Shown one piece after another: positions 49,839 through 59,223 of a stretch of DNA of 64,000 bases. Within the stretch, counting starts at the first letter, position 1, and every line of letters begins with the position of its first letter. This DNA comes from Candidatus Latescibacterota bacterium (GTDB taxonomy: Bacteria; Latescibacterota; UBA2968; GCA-2709665). The stretch lies in contig OZ242358.1 in the NCBI GenBank assembly GCA_965208835.1, positions 960,001 through 1,024,000 of the forward strand, read 5' to 3'. Below the pieces are notes generated by a model. That model ran no database searches. It was not told where the DNA came from and saw only the letters and a program-made list of their open reading frames with translations. The position numbers were made by a program, and so were the translations under genes.

Positions 49839-50907
49839 CGTCCCGTAGTATGGAAATCGCGTCCCGGGCGAACCGGATACGCACGCGGTCGCCCCCAATG
49901 GCTTTCTGAGTCACCGGATTACTGTCCACGAGTTTCACCTGTGTTCCGTCCGGAAGGTCCACAACATACTGTTCCATCTCGCCCAGGTATATCGCGTTCC
50001 GGACCGTCCCCGTTACGACATGGTCGGCCTCGCCCGGCGTGCCCGCGACGAATTCCATGGCTTCGGGGCGAATGGCGCACAATACGCGGTCGTCTTTCCG
50101 GATGCCGTCGTAGCCCGGGCGGCCGTACAGAATCCCAACCGGCGTCTCCACCCCGATTCTCTCGTCCAGCGCGATGACCTTGCCCGAAATCAGGTTAATT
50201 TCACCGATGAAGTCCGCGACAAACCGGTTGGCCGGCTGCGTATACAAGGTCCTGGGGGAACCGGACTGCACGACCCGCCCCGCCCGCATCACGGCGACGC
50301 GGCTGGCCATCGCCAGCGCCTCTTTCTGGTCGTGCGTGACATAGATCATGGTGATCCCGAGGCTTCGGTGCAGGGCCTGGATCTGTTCCCGCATCTCCAG
50401 CCGCAGTCTGGCGTCGAGATTGGAGAGCGGTTCATCCAGCAACACCACATCGGGTTCGATCACCAGGGCCCGAGCGAGCGCCACCCGCTGCTGCTGTCCG
50501 CCTGACAGCTGGTTGGGAGACCGGTCCCGGTAGGCTTCCATTCTCACCATCTGCAATGCCCGCCGGACACGATCAGTGCGGTTGCCGTGCGCTATGTCGC
50601 GCATCGAAAGGCCGTACTCCACGTTCTGCCAGACGGTCATATGGGGCCATAGCGCGTAGTTCTGGAAGACCATTCCCGTGTTCCGCTTTTCGGGCGGTAC
50701 TTCGGTAACGTCCCGGTCGTCAAAAAACACGCGGCCTCGTTCCGGCCTGTAGAACCCGGCGACCGTTCTCAACAACGTGGTCTTGCCGCATCCGGACGGT
50801 CCGAGCAGAAAGAAGAATTCGCCGTTCTCGATTTCGAGATCGACGGATTCTACCGCGACGACACTGCCGAATCGTTTTGTAACATCCTTCAGACGAACGC
50901 GAACCAT
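49819..50907 (-). CDS. ABC importer ATP-binding protein (FbpC/PotA-like)
   Basis: GPSGCGKTT, LSGGQQQR, LLDEPLSNLD, TOBE-like tail. Confidence 0.94.
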   Translation of the reverse strand: MVRVRLKDVTKRFGSVVAVESVDLEIENGEFFFLLGPSGCGKTTLLRTVAGFYRPERGRVFFDDRDVTEVPPEKRNTGMVFQNYALWPHMTVWQNVEYGLSMRDIAHGNRTDRVRRALQMVRMEAYRDRSPNQLSGGQQQRVALARALVIEPDVVLLDEPLSNLDARLRLEMREQIQALHRSLGITMIYVTHDQKEALAMASRVAVMRAGRVVQSGSPRTLYTQPANRFVADFIGEINLISGKVIALDERIGVETPVGILYGRPGYDGIRKDDRVLCAIRPEAMEFVAGTPGEADHVVTGTVRNAIYLGEMEQYVVDLPDGTQVKLVDSNPVTQKAIGGDRVRIRFARDAISILRDDGEDSA

Positions 50908-50992
50908 GTAACGACCTCATGTCCCTTGGATGCTGTTTTTAGCCTCAATTCGAAGAAAGACGACAGTTAAATTGGCCACAAAGAGCCTGAAT

Positions 50993-51121
50993 GCGGGGAG
51001 ACGGTAGAGGTGAGACGGGAGAAGAAGCCATGCCCGGTATGTTCTTTCTCCTCGCCTTCGGCACGATAAGAATCCTCACAAGGCAGGTAATCTCTACCCT
51101 CTCCCGTCTTACGTCTCACCC
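50993..51121. repeat. Heptamer-armed palindromic intergenic element, copy C
   Basis: AGACGGT AGAGGTG AGACGGG AGAAGAA ... CGCCTTCGGCAC ... CCTCACAAGGCA ... TCTACCC TCTCCCG TCTTACG TCTCACC. Confidence 0.75.
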
Positions 51122-51261
51122 GGTGGTCAGGCGGCCTGGGGGAGAGGTCCCGTTCACGTTCAGCGACCTGACATGTATCCTAGAAATTTTTCGTCTTATC
51201 GCCTTTATTAACAATCATATAATTGAATTAACATTCACGAGAAATCACGAATCAGATTTGG

Positions 51262-52680
51262 TTACCGTCGAAACCACGGAAGTGATATTTTCGCGAGGTA
51301 GATCACCATGGCGCCTGCAAGGCCCAACGGGAACAGGAATGTCAGCCTGTCCAGAAGACGCGTTCGAAACGGAGGCTGCACAGACCCGTATTTGTTCCGC
51401 GCGAATTCCGTCCAGGACGCCAGGGTCCTGTTGCGCAGCTCTGCATCCCGCCAACGGGCGCCCAGGCGGCCGCAGGCTTCTTCGCTGACGGGTACTCTCG
51501 AGAGGCGTCGAACACGTTCAGGTGTTACGCCTTTTGCAATCGCCGTTTTCCAGGCGTCTTGAAGCTGCTGGTGTGAATCGATCACCATGACGCCGATCAG
51601 ATCGTTTAACACGCGCCATCGGGTTGACGCCTTTTCGGAGTCATAGACGAGCTCCGATTTCCACTCGAACGGGTTCAACGAAACGGCGGCCTGATCGCGG
51701 AACCGCCGATAGAGGTCGGGCAATACCGTAAACCGGTTCAGCGCGGTTTCCACGGGGCCGCCCGTCGCGCCTCTTTTCAGAAACCAGAGTTTCTGGCCTG
51801 AATCCGACATGACGAAATCGACGAAACTCCGTGCCGCCTGCAGGTTGGATGCGCCTTTCAGGATGGCCACCCCGTCAGGATTGACGATGGTCAGGTTGTC
51901 GGGCATCGTGAATCCGATATAGTCTCCTCCAACCCGGCCGACCTGGGCCCAGGCGTAAAAGTCAATGGACAGACCGTAGGCCACCTCGCCGGCCGCGACG
52001 TCCTTGGGCGCCTGGGAGCCGCCTGAGGTGAAATCGCGGACATTGGCCCCCATTGTCGTGATGACCTCCCAGCCCCGCTCCCAGCCATATGCCTGCAGGA
52101 TCAACTCATAGGCCATGTGCACGCTTCCGCTGCTTCTGGGATCTCCCGACCCAACCCACGAATACAACACCGGATCTCCCAGGTCAGCCCACGTCCGTGG
52201 GACCGGCAGATTCACGAGGTCGAGGACGGCCCTGTTGTACACGATTCCGAAACCGGCCAGGGTGGCGCCGTACCAGCGATAGTCCGGATCGTACAGCGGT
52301 ATGCCTCCGATTTTTGGTGGCAATCGATCCAGCACGGCCTCTGGCAGGCGATGAGCCGAACAGAGGCCCATATCGGCGATTTCCATAAACGGGTCCATGC
52401 CTCCGCCGAAAAAGACATCGATACCAATCCCGCCCGGCGCGCGGCGGAATTCCGATTTGATATATCTCAGAATCGAGCTGGTGCCGCCCCCGACGTCAAG
52501 CCATTCCAGGACGACCTCCCTGCCGGTCAGGCTGGAATAGTGGGACCTGAAAGCCGCCTCAAACTCATTCTGTACGCCGTCCGGATGCGGTGAGATCAGG
52601 ACCAGCCGATCTGTCGCGGCCGGTGTTGCGGCGGGAATGAGCGTACAGAAGCAGAACAACGGTAGAATGCGGATCTTCAC
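51262..52680 (-). CDS. ABC substrate-binding protein (Fe3+/thiamine-like) with C-terminal TM segment
   Basis: Signal peptide, DVFFGGG, PRTWADL, DPRSSGS, NPDGVAILKGA; hydrophobic tail FLFPLGLAGAMVIYLAK. Confidence 0.88.
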   Translation of the reverse strand: MKIRILPLFCFCTLIPAATPAATDRLVLISPHPDGVQNEFEAAFRSHYSSLTGREVVLEWLDVGGGTSSILRYIKSEFRRAPGGIGIDVFFGGGMDPFMEIADMGLCSAHRLPEAVLDRLPPKIGGIPLYDPDYRWYGATLAGFGIVYNRAVLDLVNLPVPRTWADLGDPVLYSWVGSGDPRSSGSVHMAYELILQAYGWERGWEVITTMGANVRDFTSGGSQAPKDVAAGEVAYGLSIDFYAWAQVGRVGGDYIGFTMPDNLTIVNPDGVAILKGASNLQAARSFVDFVMSDSGQKLWFLKRGATGGPVETALNRFTVLPDLYRRFRDQAAVSLNPFEWKSELVYDSEKASTRWRVLNDLIGVMVIDSHQQLQDAWKTAIAKGVTPERVRRLSRVPVSEEACGRLGARWRDAELRNRTLASWTEFARNKYGSVQPPFRTRLLDRLTFLFPLGLAGAMVIYLAKISLPWFRR

Positions 52681-52737
52681 GGCTGGTTGACTCGCCTTGA
52701 TTCAGGTGTTAACTTCGCGCGCGCGGCGTCGGCCGGA

Positions 52738-52766
52738 ATGGTACCGAAGCTACCCCACCGTGTCAA
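52738..52766 (-). promoter_or_regulatory. Sigma-70 promoter of the ABC importer
   Basis: Minus strand TTGACA-17-TACCAT. Confidence 0.6.
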
Positions 52767-52820
52767 TTTCTTTCCATGGTCATCGGGATTTGCGAGCAAA
52801 AAAAACGCCGCAATCCGTAG

Positions 52821-52982
52821 GAAGTTGATTTAAAATTACCGGCGAGTTCCCGAGCGCGAGCGAAAAAGTGGCGGTCAAGGCGGGAAAACCCGCCCATATT
52901 TGTCTATACGGGTGGATTTGACCAACGCCGACCGGCGCTTTTGCAGCCGCGCGAAGACCGCTGGGAATTTTAAGACAGCTTC
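52821..52982 (-). mobile_element. MITE-like element family 1, copy 2 (162 bp, inverted)
   Basis: Reverse complement of 45547-45732 with a shorter centre; ends GAAGTTGATTTAAAATT / AATTTTAAGACAGCTTC. Confidence 0.78.
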
Positions 52983-53022
52983 TAAGATTGAGACGTATAC
53001 GTCGGGCAATGAGACGGACGAT

Positions 53023-54213
53023 TCAAGGACCGATGTCCTCCACGCTTCCGATCCTGTTGCCGGAAGGATCAGCAAACCAGATCTTTCCCAGCCGGTCCAC
53101 AGTCAGCCGCCCCACTCCCGATACCGCAACGGGAAGTTCAAGAATCCTGATGCTGGAAGCCTCCGGATCGAATCTGGCGAAATACCTGGACTGATCGGCC
53201 GCGTACCAGATTCGCCCGTTAAGGTCAACGGACAGCGAGGATGGATCCGGGCCTACTTCGGGCAGGATGTAACTCGCGAAATTCCCCGTCGCCAGAAGGT
53301 CCCACATGTGCAATTGGTACGAATTCGCGGCAAACCAGATCTGATCTCCGTCATCCAACACGAACTGCTTTATCGTCAGATCCTGGATGGGTATCTCGAT
53401 CTCCGCAATCTCTTTTGTTTCCGGATTCATCCGACCGAACTTTCCGACGGCGCGTTCCGAAAACACGAGAATGCCTTCGCTATCGATCAGTATCTCGTCC
53501 AGACCAGCGGATGGCGTGAACACGGGATACTCTTCGAACGTGCCGCGATCGGGATCGAGCCGGCCGATCTGGTTGCCGGATTCCTGTGTGAACCAGAGAT
53601 AACCCTTGCGGTCGAAAACCAGGCCGCTGGGCCGGCTTCCCGGGGTAGGAACGGAATACATCCTGACTTCCTCGGAAATCGGGTCGAGCCGGCCAATCGC
53701 ATTCGCAACAATATCCGTAAACCAGACGACCCCGCGGCCGTCAACGGCAAGACGGGCCGGTTGACCACCGGGGGTCGGCAACGGATATTCGACAAATGTC
53801 CCGGTTGAGGGATCGAAACGACCGATCTGGTTTGCACCCGTTTCTGCGAACCAGACGCGGCCAAGAACGTCGACCACGATATCCCGGGGCTGGCTTCCAA
53901 GTGTTGGTACGGAAAAGACATCGACGGAACCGACAGCGACATCCTCATCTACGTGAGAGTGCATCACCGAAACGTGGGCTCTGTCGTAAAGGCGCGCGAA
54001 GATCAGAAAATCCTGCAGATCAACGGCGCCGTCTCCGTTGAGGTCAAACTGCGTGTCTCCGGTTCCGAATGCCTGCGCCAGGAGGACGAAATCCCCGAAA
54101 TCGATCACGTCGTTGCCGTCGAAATCGATATCCGGAGTGGTCTGCGCCAATACCGTCGATATCAGGATACAGACCCCAAACAACCAGACCGGTATTTTGG
54201 AATGTATACGCAT
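53023..54213 (-). CDS. Secreted protein: N-terminal dockerin/EF-hand-like pair plus virginiamycin B lyase (Vgb)-like beta-propeller
   Basis: DFDGNDVIDFGDF..DLNGDGAVDLQDF; repeats G.VWF.E.G.NQIGR.DP..G.F.EY..PTP. Confidence 0.85.
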   Translation of the reverse strand: MRIHSKIPVWLFGVCILISTVLAQTTPDIDFDGNDVIDFGDFVLLAQAFGTGDTQFDLNGDGAVDLQDFLIFARLYDRAHVSVMHSHVDEDVAVGSVDVFSVPTLGSQPRDIVVDVLGRVWFAETGANQIGRFDPSTGTFVEYPLPTPGGQPARLAVDGRGVVWFTDIVANAIGRLDPISEEVRMYSVPTPGSRPSGLVFDRKGYLWFTQESGNQIGRLDPDRGTFEEYPVFTPSAGLDEILIDSEGILVFSERAVGKFGRMNPETKEIAEIEIPIQDLTIKQFVLDDGDQIWFAANSYQLHMWDLLATGNFASYILPEVGPDPSSLSVDLNGRIWYAADQSRYFARFDPEASSIRILELPVAVSGVGRLTVDRLGKIWFADPSGNRIGSVEDIGP

Positions 54214-54266
54214 CTGTCCTTCGCAACGGGAAAACCGCAGAATGTGTGCATTGAATGACGCCCGGT

Positions 54267-55748
54267 TCAACCGCGCTGAATTTCCGTTCGGGCGAGGTCA
54301 AAGATTCCCCTGGCGGCTTCCAGGCGCAAGCCCGGTTCGGCGTTCGTCAGAAAGGTGCGAAGCGTCTTCAACTGCTTCAGGTCGCCGGACTGCGCCAATC
54401 CCCTCAAAGCCGCCGCCTGCAGGCTCGCTTCTTCGTTCTGTGCAAGTATGTCGTTCAATGCTTCAGTCGCCTCTTTCAGCCCGAACTTCCCAAGTGCATC
54501 AATTATGGATTCCCTGATTTCCAGCGACGTGTCCTGATGAAAGGCCCGGACAAGTGCTTCAATCGACTCGGCCGTGCTGATTTTACCCAGAGCCTGCACA
54601 ACCGCCAGCCGAACGGAAAACTCCCTGTTTTGGGAAAACGCGTCCCTTAATGCAGGGATCCGTCGTTCATCAGCGATGATACCCAGGATCTCCGCGGCAC
54701 GCCTTCGAAACGGACGGTGCGTACTCTTCAGGTCTTTTTCCAGTTCCTCCGAAATGTCGAACCCGTGACCGAGCCTGGCCAGGGACCACGCCGCGCTGAG
54801 CCGAAGCGGTTGATTTTCGGGCCCGTAAAAGGCCGACCGCAGGAGTTCCACCGCCGTTGAATCCTGAATCCACCCCAATCCGTCCACAGCCAGCAACCGG
54901 TTCATCGGGTGTCCTTCTTCGAGCAACTGCTCTTTGAGGTACACTCCGATCGTCCTGGCGGACAGTCCTCCCAGCGCTTCCAGGCAGCGGATTCGCAGGG
55001 AATGTTGCCACGTTGTCTGTATCGCTACCGTTTCAAGATGGTCGATCGCCTCGGAGGTTCCAAATTCTTCCAGAGCCTCAACCATGACCAGCGAGGTGGA
55101 AAGCTGACTGGTTTTCAACAGGGTGTCGGCAATGGCGGGCAGACTCTGCAGATCCGCCAGCCTGGCGAGCGCCAATGCCGCGGAAGATCTGACAACAGGG
55201 TCCGGATCCTCTCCAAACGCCCGCCTGAGCACTGGGACAGCTGACGCGTTCCCCAGTTGACCGAATGCGGCGGCGGCCTTGGAACGAACCATGCTCATCC
55301 GGCCATTCCCGAGTGTTTCCGCCAACCAGGGACTCATCGTCTCCGGATTCAGACGTTCCAGCGCAGCCGCAACCTCCACTTTCACGAAAGCGCTCCCGGT
55401 ATTCTCGAAAACGCCCCTGAGTGCGTCGACGGCGCCGGGACCATTGTGTCTTCCAAGCGCTTCGACCGCACGCAGAACCACGATTTCGTCGGGATGGCCC
55501 AACAGGGTCAGGAATGCCGATTGAACATTCGCGCCATCCAACCCGCCCAGAACCGTTACAGCCTCCGCAACCAGGGCGCCGTCCAGCTCGCCGTCCTGAA
55601 CGAGACCCAGCACCGTGTTCAGCGCGTCTTTTTTGGCAAGATCCATTTCCTGACGACTGACGCCGCAACTCCAGGCCCCGACGCAGAACAAAATGAACCA
55701 GGTATACCGCCAGACCGCCCGCGTCCGCGGACGTTTTGAGTTACGCAT
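54267..55748 (-). CDS. HEAT/PBS-lyase repeat lipoprotein
   Basis: AWSC lipobox-like; many VR..AA.ALG.L repeats. Confidence 0.85.
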   Translation of the reverse strand: MRNSKRPRTRAVWRYTWFILFCVGAWSCGVSRQEMDLAKKDALNTVLGLVQDGELDGALVAEAVTVLGGLDGANVQSAFLTLLGHPDEIVVLRAVEALGRHNGPGAVDALRGVFENTGSAFVKVEVAAALERLNPETMSPWLAETLGNGRMSMVRSKAAAAFGQLGNASAVPVLRRAFGEDPDPVVRSSAALALARLADLQSLPAIADTLLKTSQLSTSLVMVEALEEFGTSEAIDHLETVAIQTTWQHSLRIRCLEALGGLSARTIGVYLKEQLLEEGHPMNRLLAVDGLGWIQDSTAVELLRSAFYGPENQPLRLSAAWSLARLGHGFDISEELEKDLKSTHRPFRRRAAEILGIIADERRIPALRDAFSQNREFSVRLAVVQALGKISTAESIEALVRAFHQDTSLEIRESIIDALGKFGLKEATEALNDILAQNEEASLQAAALRGLAQSGDLKQLKTLRTFLTNAEPGLRLEAARGIFDLARTEIQRG

Positions 55749-55750
55749 CC

Positions 55751-57127
55751 CTATTCGGCTCCCACCACACAGCGAAACCCGACGTCCGACCGTCGATCAT
55801 CGGGTTCTGCCCAACCTGCCCCAGTGCATTTCGCCCGCTTTTCGTCATCGAGCCACGAGCCACCGTATATTGCACGGAGTTCCCTGTTGTTTCCATACCA
55901 TCCGTCCACCCACTCCCAGACATTGCCCACCATGTCCTTAACGCCATAGACGTTGGGCTCCCCCCGGGCCACTTCCTCGGCCCCGGCGTACCAGGCATGA
56001 CCGGTCCGGGCCCGGGTAGGATCGTAGCGCTTGCCGTAGGAATAGATGTTGCCCGTATCACCCAGACATGCCGTAACCCATTCCTCCGACGTAGGCAGTC
56101 TCCTGCCGAGAGAGCCGCAGTATTCCTGCGCCTGTTCGTGCGTTATTCCGGTGGCCGGCATTCGAAGACCGTTGGAGAATTCATCCGGGTTGTAAGTCGG
56201 GTCGAACGCACGATACGCCGCGACGCTGACTTCGTGCGGATCGATGTAAAAGGTCTTGAAAGCGGAGGTCTCGATTTTAACCATGCCTTCGACCTTGCTG
56301 GCAAAAGCCTCCGCTCTTCGCGCCGCCTCTGCCGCCCGAGCCTGTTCTTCGGCAAGTTCGGCCTCCCGGGCCGTCTTTGCCTTTGCGTCGACTTTGGCCT
56401 TCCGGGCTGCTTCCGCGGCTTTGACCGCGGCCTTCCGCCGGGCGGCTTCCCTGCGGACCCGCGCCTGAATTCTGCGTCGCGCCTCCGCCTCCGCCCTGGC
56501 CAGGCGAGCCCGGTCGGCTTCCGTTAGCGAGCGGGCGCATCGAAAGCCATAGTTCAGCGACTTCAGATCGATTTTCGCCCGCCTCGCGGAACCGCACCGC
56601 GTCAACCTGGGACCGTCGGTCCATGATCCGCCGTACACCTTTTGCATCCCGCCTTCGCCGCCGCCGTCATCAACCCACTCCCACACGTTTCCGGACATGT
56701 CGTACAGTCCTGCCCTGTTTTTTTCGTAGTTCATCACTGCCTTGGGGCCGTCGGTCCAGTTTTTTCGGCCGACCCGCGCGTGGTTTGGGTCGTAGTTGTT
56801 TCCATACGCGTAGGCCGTCCCCTCCAGTCCGCCGCACGCACCGACCCATTCTTCGGACGTTGGCAACCGCTTGCCCTGGGCTTCGCAGTACGCTCTCGCC
56901 TGTGTGAATGTGATTGCGGTGGCAGGCATCCTGGCATCATCGAAATAGGTGTACGCCGGATGATAGTCCGGGTCGAACGCCTTCATCTGTTCGACTGTCA
57001 CTTCATGCCTGCTCATGTAGTAACGATCCTGGCCGGTCTGTACCAGAACCATTTCATCCCCGGGGGGCTGGGCAGGAACCGCCGCCGGAGTGAATGCGAC
57101 CAGAACCGCGATCCATAATCGTTGCAC
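55751..57127 (-). CDS. Secreted protein with two FGE-sulfatase (SUMF1-like) domains and an Ala/Arg-rich helical linker
   Basis: Two copies of HEV..RLPTSEEW..DM.GNVWEW..GGSW..GFRC; GTG start just after the upstream TGA. Confidence 0.88.
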   Translation of the reverse strand: MQRLWIAVLVAFTPAAVPAQPPGDEMVLVQTGQDRYYMSRHEVTVEQMKAFDPDYHPAYTYFDDARMPATAITFTQARAYCEAQGKRLPTSEEWVGACGGLEGTAYAYGNNYDPNHARVGRKNWTDGPKAVMNYEKNRAGLYDMSGNVWEWVDDGGGEGGMQKVYGGSWTDGPRLTRCGSARRAKIDLKSLNYGFRCARSLTEADRARLARAEAEARRRIQARVRREAARRKAAVKAAEAARKAKVDAKAKTAREAELAEEQARAAEAARRAEAFASKVEGMVKIETSAFKTFYIDPHEVSVAAYRAFDPTYNPDEFSNGLRMPATGITHEQAQEYCGSLGRRLPTSEEWVTACLGDTGNIYSYGKRYDPTRARTGHAWYAGAEEVARGEPNVYGVKDMVGNVWEWVDGWYGNNRELRAIYGGSWLDDEKRAKCTGAGWAEPDDRRSDVGFRCVVGAE

Positions 57128-57128
57128 C

Positions 57129-58124
57129 TCAAAATTCCCCGAGCAATTCCTGGCGTTCTTCACCTTCGCCCAGAATCAGGCTGATATCCCACTCGTACTG
57201 GCCGTTGGCCGGCACGACCCCGCACGCTTTCAGTCCCCACGCGGTATCCAGGCGGTCGACCTGCGACGTGGAGGGCTCCAGCGCCGCGTGGTGGAGGTTG
57301 TTCCATCCCCCCTCGTTTATCCATAAGCCCAGGTGGGGGAGCTTTTTGGCGGGAAACAGAAAACCGATAAACTCCCCGTTCGGGTAGACCAGCGCACAGC
57401 GGCCCTGCTCCAGACGCGTGGAGAAAATCTTCTCGGCTTCCTTCGTACGGCTGGACCGGATTGAAGATCGGTTATAGGCCTTGTCGAGCGTAACGTCCGT
57501 AACCTTGGGCCAGGTGTGTCTTGTCATCGGCGGTCCCAGGCGGTCGTCCGTACTCATGTAGGAAACCACGTCCGTTCCGGAAGGCATCAGGATGCGCGCG
57601 CGAGTTTCCACTTTAAACAGCGGGTGGAACGCGTACACGAACGGCATTTCGAACGGACTTTCATTCCGAACGATGTAAGAAAACCGGACATACGGCTTTT
57701 CACCGCGCGCCAACGTTTCAAAGCGGATGTCCCGCTGAAACACATATGGAAGCCGCACACCTTTCACCCACATCTGCAGGCGTCCCTGTTTGACTTCGTA
57801 CTGCCACGGCAACGTCCAGACCTCTCCGTGGTCCGGAACCGCTACCCCTTCCCAGGGAAAGGCGGGATACGGACAGTCCTCGACCGTGGGAAAACACTCG
57901 TCCGCGCCATCACGTTCGTAATTCTCAAACCTGTCCGCGTAGGTTCGCCTCCGGTGAGGAATATTGGTACGTGAAAGAAACTCCCGCCCGGTTGCCTTAT
58001 TTACAAGGGAGATTATCTTGCCGCCCAATTCGGGCGCGACAACGATCGAGAAATTATCGGTGTCCAGCTTGATTCCCGGTATTTCCGGCGCCAGTTCCAA
58101 CTCTTCCAGTTTGAATTTATCCAT
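57129..58124 (-). CDS. Galactose mutarotase/aldose epimerase-like protein
   Basis: PELGGKIISL, GADECFPT, PDHGEVW, YAFHP, ALEP. Confidence 0.82.
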   Translation of the reverse strand: MDKFKLEELELAPEIPGIKLDTDNFSIVVAPELGGKIISLVNKATGREFLSRTNIPHRRRTYADRFENYERDGADECFPTVEDCPYPAFPWEGVAVPDHGEVWTLPWQYEVKQGRLQMWVKGVRLPYVFQRDIRFETLARGEKPYVRFSYIVRNESPFEMPFVYAFHPLFKVETRARILMPSGTDVVSYMSTDDRLGPPMTRHTWPKVTDVTLDKAYNRSSIRSSRTKEAEKIFSTRLEQGRCALVYPNGEFIGFLFPAKKLPHLGLWINEGGWNNLHHAALEPSTSQVDRLDTAWGLKACGVVPANGQYEWDISLILGEGEERQELLGEF

Positions 58125-58186
58125 GGATCCGTATCCTGTTCTTCGGAAAAAGGACCGAACGGCCGGACGTAACGCCCGCGATCGTC

Positions 58187-58230
58187 CTTTGCAGCCGCGC
58201 TAAGACCGCTGGGAATTTTAAGACAGCTTC
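58187..58230 (-). mobile_element. MITE-like element family 1, truncated copy 3
   Basis: Minus strand GAAGCTGTCTTAAAATTCCCAGCGGTCTTAGCGCGGCTGCAAAG begins immediately after the TGA of 58231-59223. Confidence 0.7.
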
Positions 58231-59223
58231 TCACGGACGTCGGTCGGGAATTCTCTGTTGAACGATACGGCCAATTTTCGTGACGCCCAGCAGATCGAAA
58301 TATTCCCGATCGTCGTTTCCTGGGCGGAATGATACGTATTCGAGCATCCGTGCGAGTACGCTGTTCTGTTTGGCTACTTCCTCCGGGATGGGAATATTGA
58401 GACGCCCCATCACGTTTTTCAATCGCACCTTTCCCTTACGTATCCACCCGCCGTCGAATGTAATGTCGAGGGATCCCTGCGCCGTACGTATCACCGGGAC
58501 CGAATGCTCGGCCAGTTTCAAATCCCGCAGCGAGGTCCGGTAAACCGCGATCTTGTAGGCATTGGGGCTTCCATGGTCGTCGTAACCGTCCGGATAAAGC
58601 GGTTCCTCGGCCACGATCTCTCCGAGATTGGCATAGAGTTCCTCGGTCCCCAGCGCGGCGGCCTCAAAACTGTAAAGCGACGTGCGGCTCTCGACGTCGA
58701 AGAATTCCGCCCGTACATTCAGATGCATACCCTCGAACGGAGACGACCAGCTGAAGCCGTCGAAATCGCCGATCGTGTGGTTACGCTTTATATAGTAATG
58801 CGCGGCGCACACCACATCCACGTCGGCTGACTGGTCGATCACCTCTCCCAGACGCAATCCTTTCCAGTTGCCCAGATGTCTGACCACGTATCCCCTGGCC
58901 TGCAGCGCCGCACGGATGGCTTCGTATAAGCGGAGTTCGTACCTGCGCGGCATCCGAAACGGGTCTCCCTGCAACTGGCGCGAGAATCCCAGTACAACGC
59001 GACCCGCGTATTGGAGTCCGGGATCGGGGTTCCGGTCCGACGCCAAAACCATGAGCCCGATCCGTTTAGGGCGATATCTCGCAAACGCCTCCTCTGCAGA
59101 ATTCGTCCCTTCGGCGAACGACTCTTTTTTTATGCTCGCACCTTCGCACGGAATCGCGCCGACCCACAACAACCCGCACAAAAGCAGTACGCGCATTAAC
59201 GTGTCCCGTATCAGTCGTCGCAT
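58231..59223 (-). CDS. Hypothetical secreted protein
   Basis: 330-aa ORF with signal-like N-terminus, overlapping the upstream stop. Confidence 0.75.
   Translation of the reverse strand: MRRLIRDTLMRVLLLCGLLWVGAIPCEGASIKKESFAEGTNSAEEAFARYRPKRIGLMVLASDRNPDPGLQYAGRVVLGFSRQLQGDPFRMPRRYELRLYEAIRAALQARGYVVRHLGNWKGLRLGEVIDQSADVDVVCAAHYYIKRNHTIGDFDGFSWSSPFEGMHLNVRAEFFDVESRTSLYSFEAAALGTEELYANLGEIVAEEPLYPDGYDDHGSPNAYKIAVYRTSLRDLKLAEHSVPVIRTAQGSLDITFDGGWIRKGKVRLKNVMGRLNIPIPEEVAKQNSVLARMLEYVSFRPGNDDREYFDLLGVTKIGRIVQQRIPDRRP

Noticed and set aside
52900-53808. 302-aa plus-strand ORF and similar long antisense ORFs across the window
   Set aside because: Antisense to well-supported genes, as expected from GC-rich codon bias.
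55751-57127. Two FGE domains as the template/variable pair of a diversity-generating retroelement
   Set aside because: The two C-terminal regions differ at all base types rather than only at adenines, and no reverse transcriptase is in the window.
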